Part shown: positions 17,832 through 27,321 of the stretch, one piece after another
Layout: every line of letters begins with the position of its first letter
Numbering within the stretch: the stretch's first letter is position 1
Origin: an uncultured Gemmatimonadota bacterium
GTDB lineage: Bacteria; Blakebacterota; Blakebacteria; Blakebacterales; CAYUVJ01
Reading direction: 5' to 3'
Assembly: GCA_964519015.1 (NCBI GenBank)
Contig: CAZFHZ010000002.1
Coordinates: 397-64,396, forward strand
DNA: 64,000 nt
Notes under the pieces: model-generated
Databases searched by the model: none
What the model was told of the DNA's origin: nothing
What the model saw: only the letters and a program-made list of their open reading frames with translations
Program-made: the position numbers and the translations under genes

Positions 17832-19544
17832 ATGCCGACCCGACACGCCCTGTCCGCATTCGCGAGGAACACCCTCTTCCTCTCCGGCCTGCTGCTCGGC
17901 GCCGCCTGCGCCCGTCCGCCGGCGACCGACCTCTCCCACGCCCGCCACGGGATCGTGGTCTGCGCGGACACCCTGGCCGCTTCGGTCGGCCGGGACGTGC
18001 TGGCCGCCGGAGGGAACGCGGTGGACGCGGCGGTCGCGACCGGCTTCACCCTGGCGGTCACCTATCCGACCGCGGGTAATATCGGCGGCGGGGGCTTCAT
18101 GGTCATCCGTTTCCACGACGGACGGACCACGGCGTTCGATTTCCGGGAACGCGCCCCGGCGGCCGCCCGACCCGAGATGTTCACCGAACCGGGAGGCGCC
18201 TACTCCAGCCGGCGGCACCACAACAGCCATCTCTCGGTGGGGGTGCCGGGCACCGTGGCCGGCCTGGCCCTGGCCCATGAGCGCTACGGCCGGCTGGCCT
18301 GGGCCGACCTGGTCGCCCCGGCCCAGCGGCTGGCCTCGGAGGGCTTCCCCCTGACCGGCGGTCTGGCCCGCTCCCTGGAAGGCGCCCTCCGTTCCTTCCG
18401 TTCCTACCCCGCGAGCCGGCAGAAGTTCTCCCGCGACGGTGTTCCTTATAAGGAAGGGGAGGTCTGGGCGCAGCCCGACCTGGCCCGCACCCTCGAGCGG
18501 ATCCGGCTCCAGGGACGTGACGGCTTCTACCGGGGGGATACGGCCCGGTTGATCGCCGAGGAGATGCGCCGCGGCGGGGGCCTGATCACCGAGGCCGACC
18601 TGGCCGACTACGTCGCCAAGGAACGCACTCCGGTGACGGGGACGTACCGGGACTTCGAGGTCATCGGCATGTGCCCGCCCAGCAGCGGCGGCACCGCACT
18701 GATCGAGATGCTCAACATCCTGGAGGGCTACGATCTGGCCGAGCTCGGCCACAACTCCCCCGCCTACCTCCACCATGTGACGGAGGCGATGCGGTGCGCG
18801 TTCCGCGACCGGGCGCTCTATCTGGCCGACACCGACTACGCGACGGTCCCGATCGAGCACCTGACCAGCAAGGCGTACGCGGCCCAGCTCCGGGCGGGGA
18901 TCGACCCGGCTCGGGCGGGTACCTCCTCGCCGTCCGACCTGACCCTGCCGGAGGAGAGTCCCGAGACCACCCACATCTCCATCGTGGACGCCGAAGGGAA
19001 CGCGGTCGCGATGACCTACACGCTCGAGGCCGGGTACGGCTCCAAGATCACCGTCCCGGGAGCGGGCTTTCTGCTCAACAACGAGATGGGGGATTTCAAC
19101 GGGAAACCCGGCCTGACCGACGAGCGCGGGCTCATCGGGACCGAGCCCAACCTGGCCCGTCCGGGCCAGCGCATGCTCTCCAGCATGACGCCGACGATTC
19201 TCGTCCGGGACGACCGGCTCTTCGCCGTGGTCGGCAGCCCGGGGGGGCGCACCATCATCAACACCGTCCTCCAGGTCGTGCTCAACATCATCGACTTCCG
19301 GATGGACCTCACCGACGCCGTGGCGGCCGCCCGGATCCACCACCAGTGGCTACCCGACAATATCACCATCGAATCGGACGGAGTGCCGCCCGAGACCGTC
19401 CAGGCCCTGGAGGCCATGGGCTACCGGGTGCGGATGGGGGGACGACAGGGACACGCCAACTGCATCGTGATCGACGCCCGCACCGGGTTGCGCATCGGTG
19501 CGGCCGACCCGCGCCAGTCGGACGGCGCGGCCATCGGGTACTGA
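17832..19544 (+). CDS. ggt: Gamma-glutamyltransferase
   Basis: GGNAVDAAVA, AGNIGGGGF, DFRERAP, catalytic ETTHISIVD, LNNEMGDF, LSSMTPT, GSPGG, GAADPR; ATG at 17832. Confidence 0.95.
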   Translation: MPTRHALSAFARNTLFLSGLLLGAACARPPATDLSHARHGIVVCADTLAASVGRDVLAAGGNAVDAAVATGFTLAVTYPTAGNIGGGGFMVIRFHDGRTTAFDFRERAPAAARPEMFTEPGGAYSSRRHHNSHLSVGVPGTVAGLALAHERYGRLAWADLVAPAQRLASEGFPLTGGLARSLEGALRSFRSYPASRQKFSRDGVPYKEGEVWAQPDLARTLERIRLQGRDGFYRGDTARLIAEEMRRGGGLITEADLADYVAKERTPVTGTYRDFEVIGMCPPSSGGTALIEMLNILEGYDLAELGHNSPAYLHHVTEAMRCAFRDRALYLADTDYATVPIEHLTSKAYAAQLRAGIDPARAGTSSPSDLTLPEESPETTHISIVDAEGNAVAMTYTLEAGYGSKITVPGAGFLLNNEMGDFNGKPGLTDERGLIGTEPNLARPGQRMLSSMTPTILVRDDRLFAVVGSPGGRTIINTVLQVVLNIIDFRMDLTDAVAAARIHHQWLPDNITIESDGVPPETVQALEAMGYRVRMGGRQGHANCIVIDARTGLRIGAADPRQSDGAAIGY

Positions 19545-19555
19545 AAGGACGAGCC

Positions 19556-20356
19556 GTGGTCACCGCGATGACGATCGCCGGGTCCGATTCCGGCGGCGGG
19601 GCCGGCATCCAGGCCGACCTCAAGACCTTCCACGCCCACGGGGTGTTCGGCACCTCGGTCATCACCGCCCTGACCGCCCAGAACACCCTGGGGGTCAGCG
19701 CCATCCATGCGGTCCCACCCCGCTTCGTGGTGGCGCAGTTCACCCAGGTCATGGACGACATCGGCACCCACGCCGCCAAGACCGGGATGCTGGCCAACTC
19801 CAAGATCGTGCGGGCGCTCGGCCGGGCGCTCCGGGAGCGTCCCATCCCCCGCCTGGTGGTCGATCCGGTCATGATCAGCAAGGCGGGGGCCGCCCTGCTG
19901 GAGCCGGACGCGGTCGCCGCGCTCATCGAGCACATCCTCCCCCTGGCCGCCGTGGTGACCCCCAACCTGCACGAAGCGGCGGCCCTGACCGGCACCGGGG
20001 CGATCCGCGACCTGGAGGGGATGGCCCTGGCCGCCGAGCGCATCCGGGCGCTCGGCCCCCAGGCGGTCCTGGTCAAGGGGGGGCATCTGCCCGAGGAGGA
20101 CGAGGCGGTCGACCTGCTCTACGACGGATCGAAGACCCTCGAGTTCCGCTGCGAGCGGCTCGATCAGCATCACACCCACGGCACCGGCTGCACCTATTCG
20201 GCGGCTATCACCGCCGGGCTGGCCCGAGGCCTGCCCCTGGTCGATGCCGTCCGGCGGGCGAAGTTCTACATCACCGAGGCGATCCGGACCGCCCCCGGGT
20301 TGGGTTCGGGGGTGGGGCCGCTCAACCACTTCGTGGACGTGGACACGCCGTTTTGA
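19556..20356 (+). CDS. thiD: Hydroxymethylpyrimidine/phosphomethylpyrimidine kinase
   Basis: TIAGSDSGGGAGIQADLKT, TALTAQNT, KTGML, VVDPVM, TPNLHEA, VKGGH, THGTGCT; GTG at 19556. Confidence 0.95.
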   Translation: MVTAMTIAGSDSGGGAGIQADLKTFHAHGVFGTSVITALTAQNTLGVSAIHAVPPRFVVAQFTQVMDDIGTHAAKTGMLANSKIVRALGRALRERPIPRLVVDPVMISKAGAALLEPDAVAALIEHILPLAAVVTPNLHEAAALTGTGAIRDLEGMALAAERIRALGPQAVLVKGGHLPEEDEAVDLLYDGSKTLEFRCERLDQHHTHGTGCTYSAAITAGLARGLPLVDAVRRAKFYITEAIRTAPGLGSGVGPLNHFVDVDTPF

Positions 20357-20402
20357 CTCGTTCCGGCTCGACCGAGAGAGGCCCCCGCTCCACCGGGGAC
20401 CG

Positions 20403-21899
20403 ATGACCGATCAGCCCCTGACCGATCGCTACCTGGGGAACACCGTGGCCACCGGGCTGGGCCAGCTCGTCCGCTTCGCCGTGGTCTTCTGGCTCACTCC
20501 CATCCTCATCAACGGTCTGGGACTGACCCGCTACGGGATCTGGGTCCTTCTCTTCGCCCTGGTCGAGTACACCGAACTGTTCACCTTCGGCATCGGCACA
20601 TCCTTCTCCCGCTTCATCGCCGCGGCCGAGCGGGAACGTCGCCCCGCCGAGGTCTCCCGGGTGGTCTCCACCGGGGTGGCCATCTACTCGGTCTTGACCC
20701 TGGCCGTGGTCCTGCTCTGGTTCGTGGGGATCCCGCTCTGGCGGGCGCTGCTGGAATGGATTGTCGGCCCCGGATTCACCGGCCCCTTCCTCTTCCTGCT
20801 GGCGGCCTTCCTGCTCCGCAACCTGGGCACGCCCTACCGGGCCCTCATCAACGGTCTGCAGCGGATGGGCTGGACCAACCTGGTGATGGTCCTCTTCCAG
20901 CTCACCATGGCCGGCGGGTCGTGGTATGTGATCCGCCGCGGGGGAGGGATCCCCGAGCTGGCCCTGGTCTGGATGGCCGCCTCGGCGCTCAACCTGGTGC
21001 TCCTGGTCCTGGTCGGGCACCTCCTCTATCCCCCCCTGCGGATCCGGCCCGGCTCCGTCGACCGGGCCACCCTCAGGACCCTCTGGTTCTTCGGCATCAA
21101 GATCTACGCTTCCTCGGCGGCCGAGATCGGCAACCGCACCGCCGATAAACTCATCCTAAAGATCTTCCTGGGGCCGGTGGCCGGCCCGGTCAGCGCCGCG
21201 CTCTACGACGTCGGCCAGAAGCTGGCCGGACTGCTTATGATGGTGCCGGCGGTCGTGGTGCCGCCGATCGTGCCCGCCACCGCCGCCGGAGCCGGTGAAG
21301 GCGCCGTCACCCGGACGATGGACCAGGGTTACCGGCTCATCGGGGTGCTGGCCGTCCCCATGACCGTGATCCTCTGCCTGCACGCCCCGGATGTGGTGCG
21401 GGTCTGGACCGACCTGAAGGAATATGCGGTCGGAGGACAGGTGGCCCTGCTGCTGCTGGTCGCCACCTTCGCCTTCGTTCTGGCCAACCCGGCGGCGGCG
21501 GCGGCCCGCGGCCTGGGTGACCCGACCCTGGAGATGCAGGCCTCGATCGTCAAGCTGGTGGTCAACGTGATCCTGAGCGTGCTGCTGGTGGGGCGGTACG
21601 GACTCTTCGGCGTGGTCGTCGCCACCCTGGTCGCCTCGGTGGCGGTCTACGGCGTCCTGCTGGTGGGCCTGACCCGCCGCTTCCGGCTGCTGCCGATACC
21701 GGTCATGCTGCGGCTGCTGGCCGAACCGCTGGCCGTGAGCCTGCTGGCCGGGGGGGCGGGACGCCTCCTCTTCCGGAACGCCGGAGCGGGCTGGGGCCCG
21801 CTGCTGCTGGCCCTGGTCGCGGAAGGGGGGGTGGTGGTGGCGGTGCTCTTCACCACCCGGTACCTCGATCCCATCCTGGGACGGAAGCGGACGGGGTGA
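20403..21899 (+). CDS. Oligosaccharide flippase (Wzx-like)
   Basis: About 12-14 hydrophobic segments; LG...YGIW pattern near the N-terminus; located in a glycosyltransferase cluster; ATG at 20403. Confidence 0.8.
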   Translation: MTDQPLTDRYLGNTVATGLGQLVRFAVVFWLTPILINGLGLTRYGIWVLLFALVEYTELFTFGIGTSFSRFIAAAERERRPAEVSRVVSTGVAIYSVLTLAVVLLWFVGIPLWRALLEWIVGPGFTGPFLFLLAAFLLRNLGTPYRALINGLQRMGWTNLVMVLFQLTMAGGSWYVIRRGGGIPELALVWMAASALNLVLLVLVGHLLYPPLRIRPGSVDRATLRTLWFFGIKIYASSAAEIGNRTADKLILKIFLGPVAGPVSAALYDVGQKLAGLLMMVPAVVVPPIVPATAAGAGEGAVTRTMDQGYRLIGVLAVPMTVILCLHAPDVVRVWTDLKEYAVGGQVALLLLVATFAFVLANPAAAAARGLGDPTLEMQASIVKLVVNVILSVLLVGRYGLFGVVVATLVASVAVYGVLLVGLTRRFRLLPIPVMLRLLAEPLAVSLLAGGAGRLLFRNAGAGWGPLLLALVAEGGVVVAVLFTTRYLDPILGRKRTG

Positions 21900-22912
21900 C
21901 CATGCGGATCCTCTTCGTCGGCCACCGCAACCCCGACTTCCCCACCGTCACCGAGTTCCTCATCCAGGCCTTCGAAGCGCGGGGGCACCCGGTCCGGTTC
22001 GTGGAGTACCGCGACTACCTGCTGCCGGGACGGCTGGTCGGGGAGCGGGGGGCGGGCCAGGCGATCGAGTCGGCCCGGCTGGGGCACCGCTTCCGGAAGG
22101 CAGTCGCCGCCACCTCCCCCGAACTGGTCTTCGTCAATTACGGGGGATGGCTGCCGGTGAAGGCCCTGGAGGACGCGCGCCGGCGCTCCGGGGCGGTCAC
22201 GGTCGTCTGGTTCGCGGACTTCCCGGGGGACGAGGCCTACCGCCGGCGGGTTCTCGAGACGGCCGGTACCTACGATGTCGTCACCGTCCAGGGGCAGGAC
22301 ATGGCCGCCGTGCTGGAGCGGAGACTCGGGCTGGAGACCTTCTGGCTGCCGGCCGCCGCGGACCTCTCCTGTTACTACCCGGTCCCGGCCGGGCGGGAAG
22401 CCGTGATCCGCTTCTGCGGCTCCTGGTATCCCCGGCGGGAGGCCTTCCTGCGGTCGCTGGAGGGACTCCCCCTGGAGATTCGCGGGCCCGGCTGGCAGGG
22501 CGTTCGGCCGTGGCCGGAGTGCCGGATCATCCCCGGCGGAATCGGACCTGAGGAGAGCCGGCGGCTCTTCGCCTCCGCCGCCGTGGTGCTGAACATCCAC
22601 CTCATGGAGCCGTGGGGGGAGGTCCCTTTCGCCCAGGTGAGCCCCCGGGTCTTCGAAGTGCTCGCCTGCGGCGCCTTCCTGATGAGCGACCGCCCGCCGG
22701 ACCTGGATGCCCTGCTGACTCCTGGGATGCACTACGTCCCGTTCACCGACCCGGCCGAACTCCGCCGACGGGTCACTCACTACCTGGAGCACCCCGACGA
22801 ACGCGAGGCGATCGCGCGGGCCGGTCTCGAGCACGTCCGCCAGCACCACACCTACGAACACCGGATCGACCGGCTGATGGAGGCCCTGAAGGCCAGGGAG
22901 CGCACGCGTTGA
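21896..22912 (+). CDS. CgeB-like glycosyltransferase (GT-B)
   Basis: FCGSWYPRRE, LNIH, SPRVFEVLACGAFLMSD, HTYEHRIDRL. Confidence 0.85.
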   Translation: MTMRILFVGHRNPDFPTVTEFLIQAFEARGHPVRFVEYRDYLLPGRLVGERGAGQAIESARLGHRFRKAVAATSPELVFVNYGGWLPVKALEDARRRSGAVTVVWFADFPGDEAYRRRVLETAGTYDVVTVQGQDMAAVLERRLGLETFWLPAAADLSCYYPVPAGREAVIRFCGSWYPRREAFLRSLEGLPLEIRGPGWQGVRPWPECRIIPGGIGPEESRRLFASAAVVLNIHLMEPWGEVPFAQVSPRVFEVLACGAFLMSDRPPDLDALLTPGMHYVPFTDPAELRRRVTHYLEHPDEREAIARAGLEHVRQHHTYEHRIDRLMEALKARERTR

Positions 22913-23610
22913 GCCGCATCCCCAAGGACCGACTGCGCGCCTTCCTGGAGCTCCCGGAGTGGCGCCTGCTGAACCACCAGCTCCGCAAGGCCGAGATCAT
23001 CCGCGAGGTACTCCGCTTCCCGCCGGAGTTACTGGTCCTGGACGTGGGCTGCGCCGGGGGGGATATCGCCCTCGAGATCGCCGCCCACGGCTACCGGGTG
23101 AAGGGGATCGATTTCGACCCGCGGCGCCTGGAGACTGCCCGCCGGCTGGCCGCCGCCGAGGGGATGGATGTGCCCTTCGAGCTCTCGGACGCCGCCCGCC
23201 TGGCCCAGCTGGGGGAGCGGTACGACCTGATCATCCTGGGGGAGATCCTGGAGCACTTCTACGAACCGTGGAAGATCCTGGAGGAGGTGGCTGCCGTCTG
23301 CCGGCCGGGCGCCCACTTCATCGCCACTACCCCCAACATGGCCAGCCTCCGGAGCCGGCTCAAACTGCTCCTGCTGGGGATGTTCCCCGATCACAACCCG
23401 GAGCACCGCTACTACTACACCCGGCGCCGCTTCCGTGAGATGCTGGCCCGCTCCCCCTTCGAGATGGTGCGGGCCCGCACCATCGTCCCCACCCTGGTCA
23501 ACGACCTCGGCCCGCTCACCTTCCTCGACCGGGCGTTCTGGCGGGGGATCAACGCGATCGAGGGCGGCCTGGGGGAGAACCTGCTGGTGGTCGGCCGGCT
23601 GCGCGGCTGA
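22909..23610 (+). CDS. Class I SAM-dependent methyltransferase
   Basis: TTG start overlapping the upstream stop; VLDVGCAGG, KGIDFD, YDLIILGEILEH, TTPN. Confidence 0.88.
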   Translation: MSRIPKDRLRAFLELPEWRLLNHQLRKAEIIREVLRFPPELLVLDVGCAGGDIALEIAAHGYRVKGIDFDPRRLETARRLAAAEGMDVPFELSDAARLAQLGERYDLIILGEILEHFYEPWKILEEVAAVCRPGAHFIATTPNMASLRSRLKLLLLGMFPDHNPEHRYYYTRRRFREMLARSPFEMVRARTIVPTLVNDLGPLTFLDRAFWRGINAIEGGLGENLLVVGRLRG

Positions 23611-24649
23611 GCCCCTTCACCAGTTCCTCCCAGCCGGCCCGCATCTGTTCGGTCCGGATACCCTCGATCGTCCCATCGGGGGAGCGGACCACGACCTGGT
23701 GGGGACCGACCGGCCACCACCGGACCGGGTCGGTCGGTCCCAGGGTGGAGAGGGTGGGTACACCCAGCGCGCCGGCCAGGTGGAGCGGCCCGCTGTTGTT
23801 GCAGAGCAGCAAGTCCAGGCCGCGGATGGCCGTGGCCAGTTCCCAGGCATCGGCAGGGCGCACGACCGGCTGTCCCGGGCAACCCGATGCCCAGGTCCGG
23901 GCCAGGGCGGCTTCATCGTCCGGTGCCAGGAGCAGGACCGCGCTCGTGATCCCGCCCGAGTCCAGCAGCCCGGAGACCAGTTCCACCCACCGTTTGAAAG
24001 GCCAGCGCTGAGCGGGATAGAACCCCCCCGGCTGGACCCCGAGCGCGCGCAGGGCGGTCGGCGGGTCGCGGGGAGGCAGACCGAGACGGGGAAGGGTGGC
24101 GGGCGCCTCGATGCCCAGTGCGGCCAGCAGTCGCGCGTTGTTGGCCAGGAAATGAGCCCCCTCGTCCGGAAGGGGAGCGGGGAGTGAGTAGAAGACCTCT
24201 CGGCCCCCGCCGCCGAAGCCGATCCGCAGCGGAGCCAGCCGGGCGGCCAGCCGGGCCGGGGGAAGCGGCCAGTCCATGATGGGATCCACGACCAGCCCGT
24301 AGCGTTCCCGGCGCAGCCCGGCCAGGGCGTGCCGGCTCTCCCGGCCCCGGAGGCTGCGGGGACGACCCGTCCAGACCACCACCCGGTCCACGTCGGGATG
24401 GTCCCGCAGGACCGGGGCGTTGGCCGGGGAGGCCAGCACGTCCAGGCGGGCCGAGGGGAAGCGCCGCCGCAGTGCGGCCAGCAGCGGAGTGGTCAGGACC
24501 ATGTCGCCGATGCGGTCCCAGCGGATGACCAGGAGGCGTTCGGGATCCTCCGGCGGGAGGCTCACCCGACGCTGGCCCCGCTGGCCGAACAGGACCAGCA
24601 CGATCCGCCGCAGGCCCAGGTAGCGGCGCCGGAGCGACCGCCGGTCCAT
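23549..24649 (-). CDS. Glycosyltransferase family 9 (heptosyltransferase-like)
   Basis: RWDRIGDMVLTTPLL, QRWP, LLCNNSGPLHLAGALGVPTL..GPT.P..WWP. Confidence 0.9.
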   Translation of the reverse strand: MDRRSLRRRYLGLRRIVLVLFGQRGQRRVSLPPEDPERLLVIRWDRIGDMVLTTPLLAALRRRFPSARLDVLASPANAPVLRDHPDVDRVVVWTGRPRSLRGRESRHALAGLRRERYGLVVDPIMDWPLPPARLAARLAPLRIGFGGGGREVFYSLPAPLPDEGAHFLANNARLLAALGIEAPATLPRLGLPPRDPPTALRALGVQPGGFYPAQRWPFKRWVELVSGLLDSGGITSAVLLLAPDDEAALARTWASGCPGQPVVRPADAWELATAIRGLDLLLCNNSGPLHLAGALGVPTLSTLGPTDPVRWWPVGPHQVVVRSPDGTIEGIRTEQMRAGWEELVKGLSRAAGRPPAGSPPGRPRSR

Positions 24650-24918
24650 CAGGGACGCTCCTGGCGGTCGGCCAGCCAGCGGACCGTGGGATCGAGTCCC
24701 TCACGGATGCTCGCCCGGGGCCGGTAGCCCAGCAGCCGTCCGTCCCCCTGATGCTCCGCCAGGTTGTCGAGCGTCCCGGTCGAGAGGTTGTCCAGCACCC
24801 TCACCCTGGCCCCTATCCCCAGCAGGGCACTGACCAGGTTGGAACCGATGAAACCCGTCCCCCCGGTGACCAGCACCCGGCGATCCCGCAGGCGCTCCGA
24901 ACCGGCGACCTCGATCAT
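24649..24918 (-). pseudogene. NAD-dependent epimerase/dehydratase with a large in-frame internal deletion (89 aa)
   Basis: N-terminus VLVTGGTGFIGSNLV...VRVLDNLSTG joined directly to the C-terminal RLLGYRPRASIREGL..TVRW; catalytic YxxxK core absent. Confidence 0.8.
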
Positions 24919-26069
24919 CCCGCACGCCCTTTCCTGTCCGTGAGCAGTCCCCGGTAGACCGCCATCACCCGGGGGGCGACCGTGGCCAGGTCGAACTGCC
25001 CGGCCACGAACCTCCTTCCTTCTTTCCCCATCGATCGCCAGGTCTCCCCGGCCAGGAGCCGGGCCAGACCCTCGGTCCAGGCCCGCACATCCCGGGCCTT
25101 CAGAAGCACACCGGTCCGCCCGGGGACCACGACGTCGCGGCAGCCGGCTACGTCACTGGCGACCAGAGTCCGCTCCATGGCAGCCGCTTCCAGCAGCGTC
25201 CGGGGGAGTCCTTCGTTGAAGGAGGGGAGCGCCACCAGGTCGAGACCCGCCAGGACCGGCCGGACATCGGCCAGGGGGCCCAGGAAGTGGACCTGTCCCT
25301 CAAGTCCCGAGCGGACGGCCAGCTCCTTCAGGTGATGCCGGAAAGCGGGCTCCCCGGCGCCCACGAAGACGAGTCGCACCCGTTCGCGGAGAGGAGTGGG
25401 GAGGGCGGCGACCGCGGCGATGAGCAGGTCCTGCCCCTTACGGCGGGTGAGGTAGGCGATCTCCCCGATCACGGTCTCATCCCCGCGCTTGCGCAGGGCC
25501 GCCACCTCCTCCGCCGGCGCGATCCCGGGGGTGAACGCCTCCAGGTCCACCCCGTTGGGGACCAGGTGGATCTTCTCCTGGGCGAACCGGCGGAACCGCT
25601 CCGCCGCCCCCGAGGAGACACAGACCAGGGCGTCCGCGGAGCGGGCAAGGAGTCGCTCCAGCCAGACCGGCTCCTGTTCGCTGACCCGGATGTGGAAGGC
25701 CAGGGGGCACCCGAACGCCCGGGCGGCCCGGCCGTAGACCAGGGTCGCCCGTGGACCGTCGGTGTGGATCAGGTCGATCCGCTCGCGGGCCAGCAGGTCC
25801 CGGATCGCGGCGACCGTGCGCGTTACCCGGGGGAGGGTCCAGGGCCGCAGGGGCGGTAGGGGCATGACATGGGTCGGGTGACCGAGGGCGCGGACGGCCG
25901 CCAGGAAGTCCCCTTCCTGGGGTGCCGCGACGATGGGGGTCACCCCCAACCGGGAGATGTGCTCGATCAGCAGCCGCAGGCTGTGCTGACCCCCTCCCTG
26001 GAAGCCGCCGAAGCTGGAGACGTAGAGCACCCGCATGGGAGTGTCGGTCTCAGGCATGAGAGATCTCAT
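24915..26069 (-). CDS. Glycosyltransferase family 4
   Basis: MRVLYV..GGGQHSL, IDLIHTD, VPNGVD, KGQDLLI, ALPSFNEGLPRTLLEAAA; true start may be slightly downstream. Confidence 0.92.
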   Translation of the reverse strand: MRSLMPETDTPMRVLYVSSFGGFQGGGQHSLRLLIEHISRLGVTPIVAAPQEGDFLAAVRALGHPTHVMPLPPLRPWTLPRVTRTVAAIRDLLARERIDLIHTDGPRATLVYGRAARAFGCPLAFHIRVSEQEPVWLERLLARSADALVCVSSGAAERFRRFAQEKIHLVPNGVDLEAFTPGIAPAEEVAALRKRGDETVIGEIAYLTRRKGQDLLIAAVAALPTPLRERVRLVFVGAGEPAFRHHLKELAVRSGLEGQVHFLGPLADVRPVLAGLDLVALPSFNEGLPRTLLEAAAMERTLVASDVAGCRDVVVPGRTGVLLKARDVRAWTEGLARLLAGETWRSMGKEGRRFVAGQFDLATVAPRVMAVYRGLLTDRKGRAG

Positions 26070-27123
26070 TGTAGAGGGCGAGCAGGTCCCGGACCGAGTG
26101 CTCGAGTGAGAACCGCTCGGCCACCCGGCTCCGGCCGACTTCCGCCAGCCGCTCCGCCCGGGCGGGGTCCGTCAGCAGCGTCTCGATGGCCTCGGCCAGG
26201 GCCGGGACATCGCCCGGTTCGACCAGCAGGCCGCTCTCCCCGGTCACGACCTCCTCGATCCCGCCGCATCGGGTGGCCACCACCGGAAGTCCCATGGCCA
26301 TGGCTTCCAGCAGGGCGATCCCCAGACCCTCACGTCGGACCGAGGGCAGGACGAAGATCCCGCCGGAGACCAGTTCTCTCCGGACGTCCGCGAGCGCACC
26401 GGTGAAACGGACCCACTGCGCGAGACCGAGCCGGTTCGCCTGCTTCGTCAGAGCCGGCCGTTCCGGGCCCTCTCCTACCAGGACCACTTCCAGGCCGGGC
26501 CAGCGCCCGGCCAGCCGGCCGACCGCTTCCAGCAGGAAACGGTGCCCCTTGTGGAGGGTGAGCGAGCCGACCGAGACGATCCGGGGGTGGGTCCGGAAGG
26601 GAGACAGGGGGAAGCGCTCGAGGTCAATACCGTTGAGCACGACCACCGTCTCCTCGGGGGTCGCGATTCCGGCCTCCCACAGAGAACGGGCCACCGCCTG
26701 TGAGATGCAGACCACCCGGAGGGCACCGTGGGCGACCCGGCGTTCCGCGAGGAGCTGCCGATGGGGGTGGACATCCTCCCACATCGTGTGGTGGTGGATG
26801 AGGTAGTCGCGCCGGACGGGGAGTGAGCAGGCGAAACCGGTCATGATGTTGGCGAACGAGCCGTGGGCGTGGATCAGGTCCGCCCCGCTCCGCTCGATCG
26901 CCTTCCTGAGGGCCAACACTTGGCGTGGACTCCAGTAGCTGTGCAGTCCGAGCCGTTCCACGACGATACCGGCCTCCTGCAGTGAGGAAGCGAGCGGCCC
27001 CAGGTTGGAGAGACAGAAGAGGAAGACCTCGTGTCCCGCCTGCCGGAGACGGGGCAGGAGCCCCTCGAGGAGCCGCTCGGTCCCACCGATACCGAGGTCC
27101 TGGATGACGTGGAGCAGTCTCAT
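26050..27123 (-). CDS. Glycosyltransferase family 4
   Basis: MRLLHVIQDLGIGGTE, DLIHAH, VLNGID, HKGHRFL, VLPSVRREGLGIALLEAMA; ATG at 27123. Confidence 0.92.
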   Translation of the reverse strand: MRLLHVIQDLGIGGTERLLEGLLPRLRQAGHEVFLFCLSNLGPLASSLQEAGIVVERLGLHSYWSPRQVLALRKAIERSGADLIHAHGSFANIMTGFACSLPVRRDYLIHHHTMWEDVHPHRQLLAERRVAHGALRVVCISQAVARSLWEAGIATPEETVVVLNGIDLERFPLSPFRTHPRIVSVGSLTLHKGHRFLLEAVGRLAGRWPGLEVVLVGEGPERPALTKQANRLGLAQWVRFTGALADVRRELVSGGIFVLPSVRREGLGIALLEAMAMGLPVVATRCGGIEEVVTGESGLLVEPGDVPALAEAIETLLTDPARAERLAEVGRSRVAERFSLEHSVRDLLALYNEISHA

Positions 27124-27321
27124 TCCCGCCCAGTTTGTTCCAACCGGCACCGGGGCGTAAACATCATTCCTTCCGAGCGGACCCGCGGACCCCGGGAGAG
27201 CGGGCTCTCGACAGGGGTAGTCCCCCTTTCTACCTTGTCGGGTGCAGTACCTATCATGATGCTGGATTGAAGCATCCGTCGCACGCTGGCGCCGTCCAGC
27301 TTTGTCGAGGAGCCTGACCGG

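Noticed and set aside
17690-19556. TPP riboswitch controlling thiD
   Set aside because: thiD follows ggt by 11 bp, and no TPP aptamer motif (GCTGAGA...CCCT.TGAACCTG) was seen upstream of ggt.
27124-27321. JUMPstart/ops element before wza
   Set aside because: Only GGGGTAG, a weak partial match to GGCGGTAG, inside a hairpin; insufficient support.
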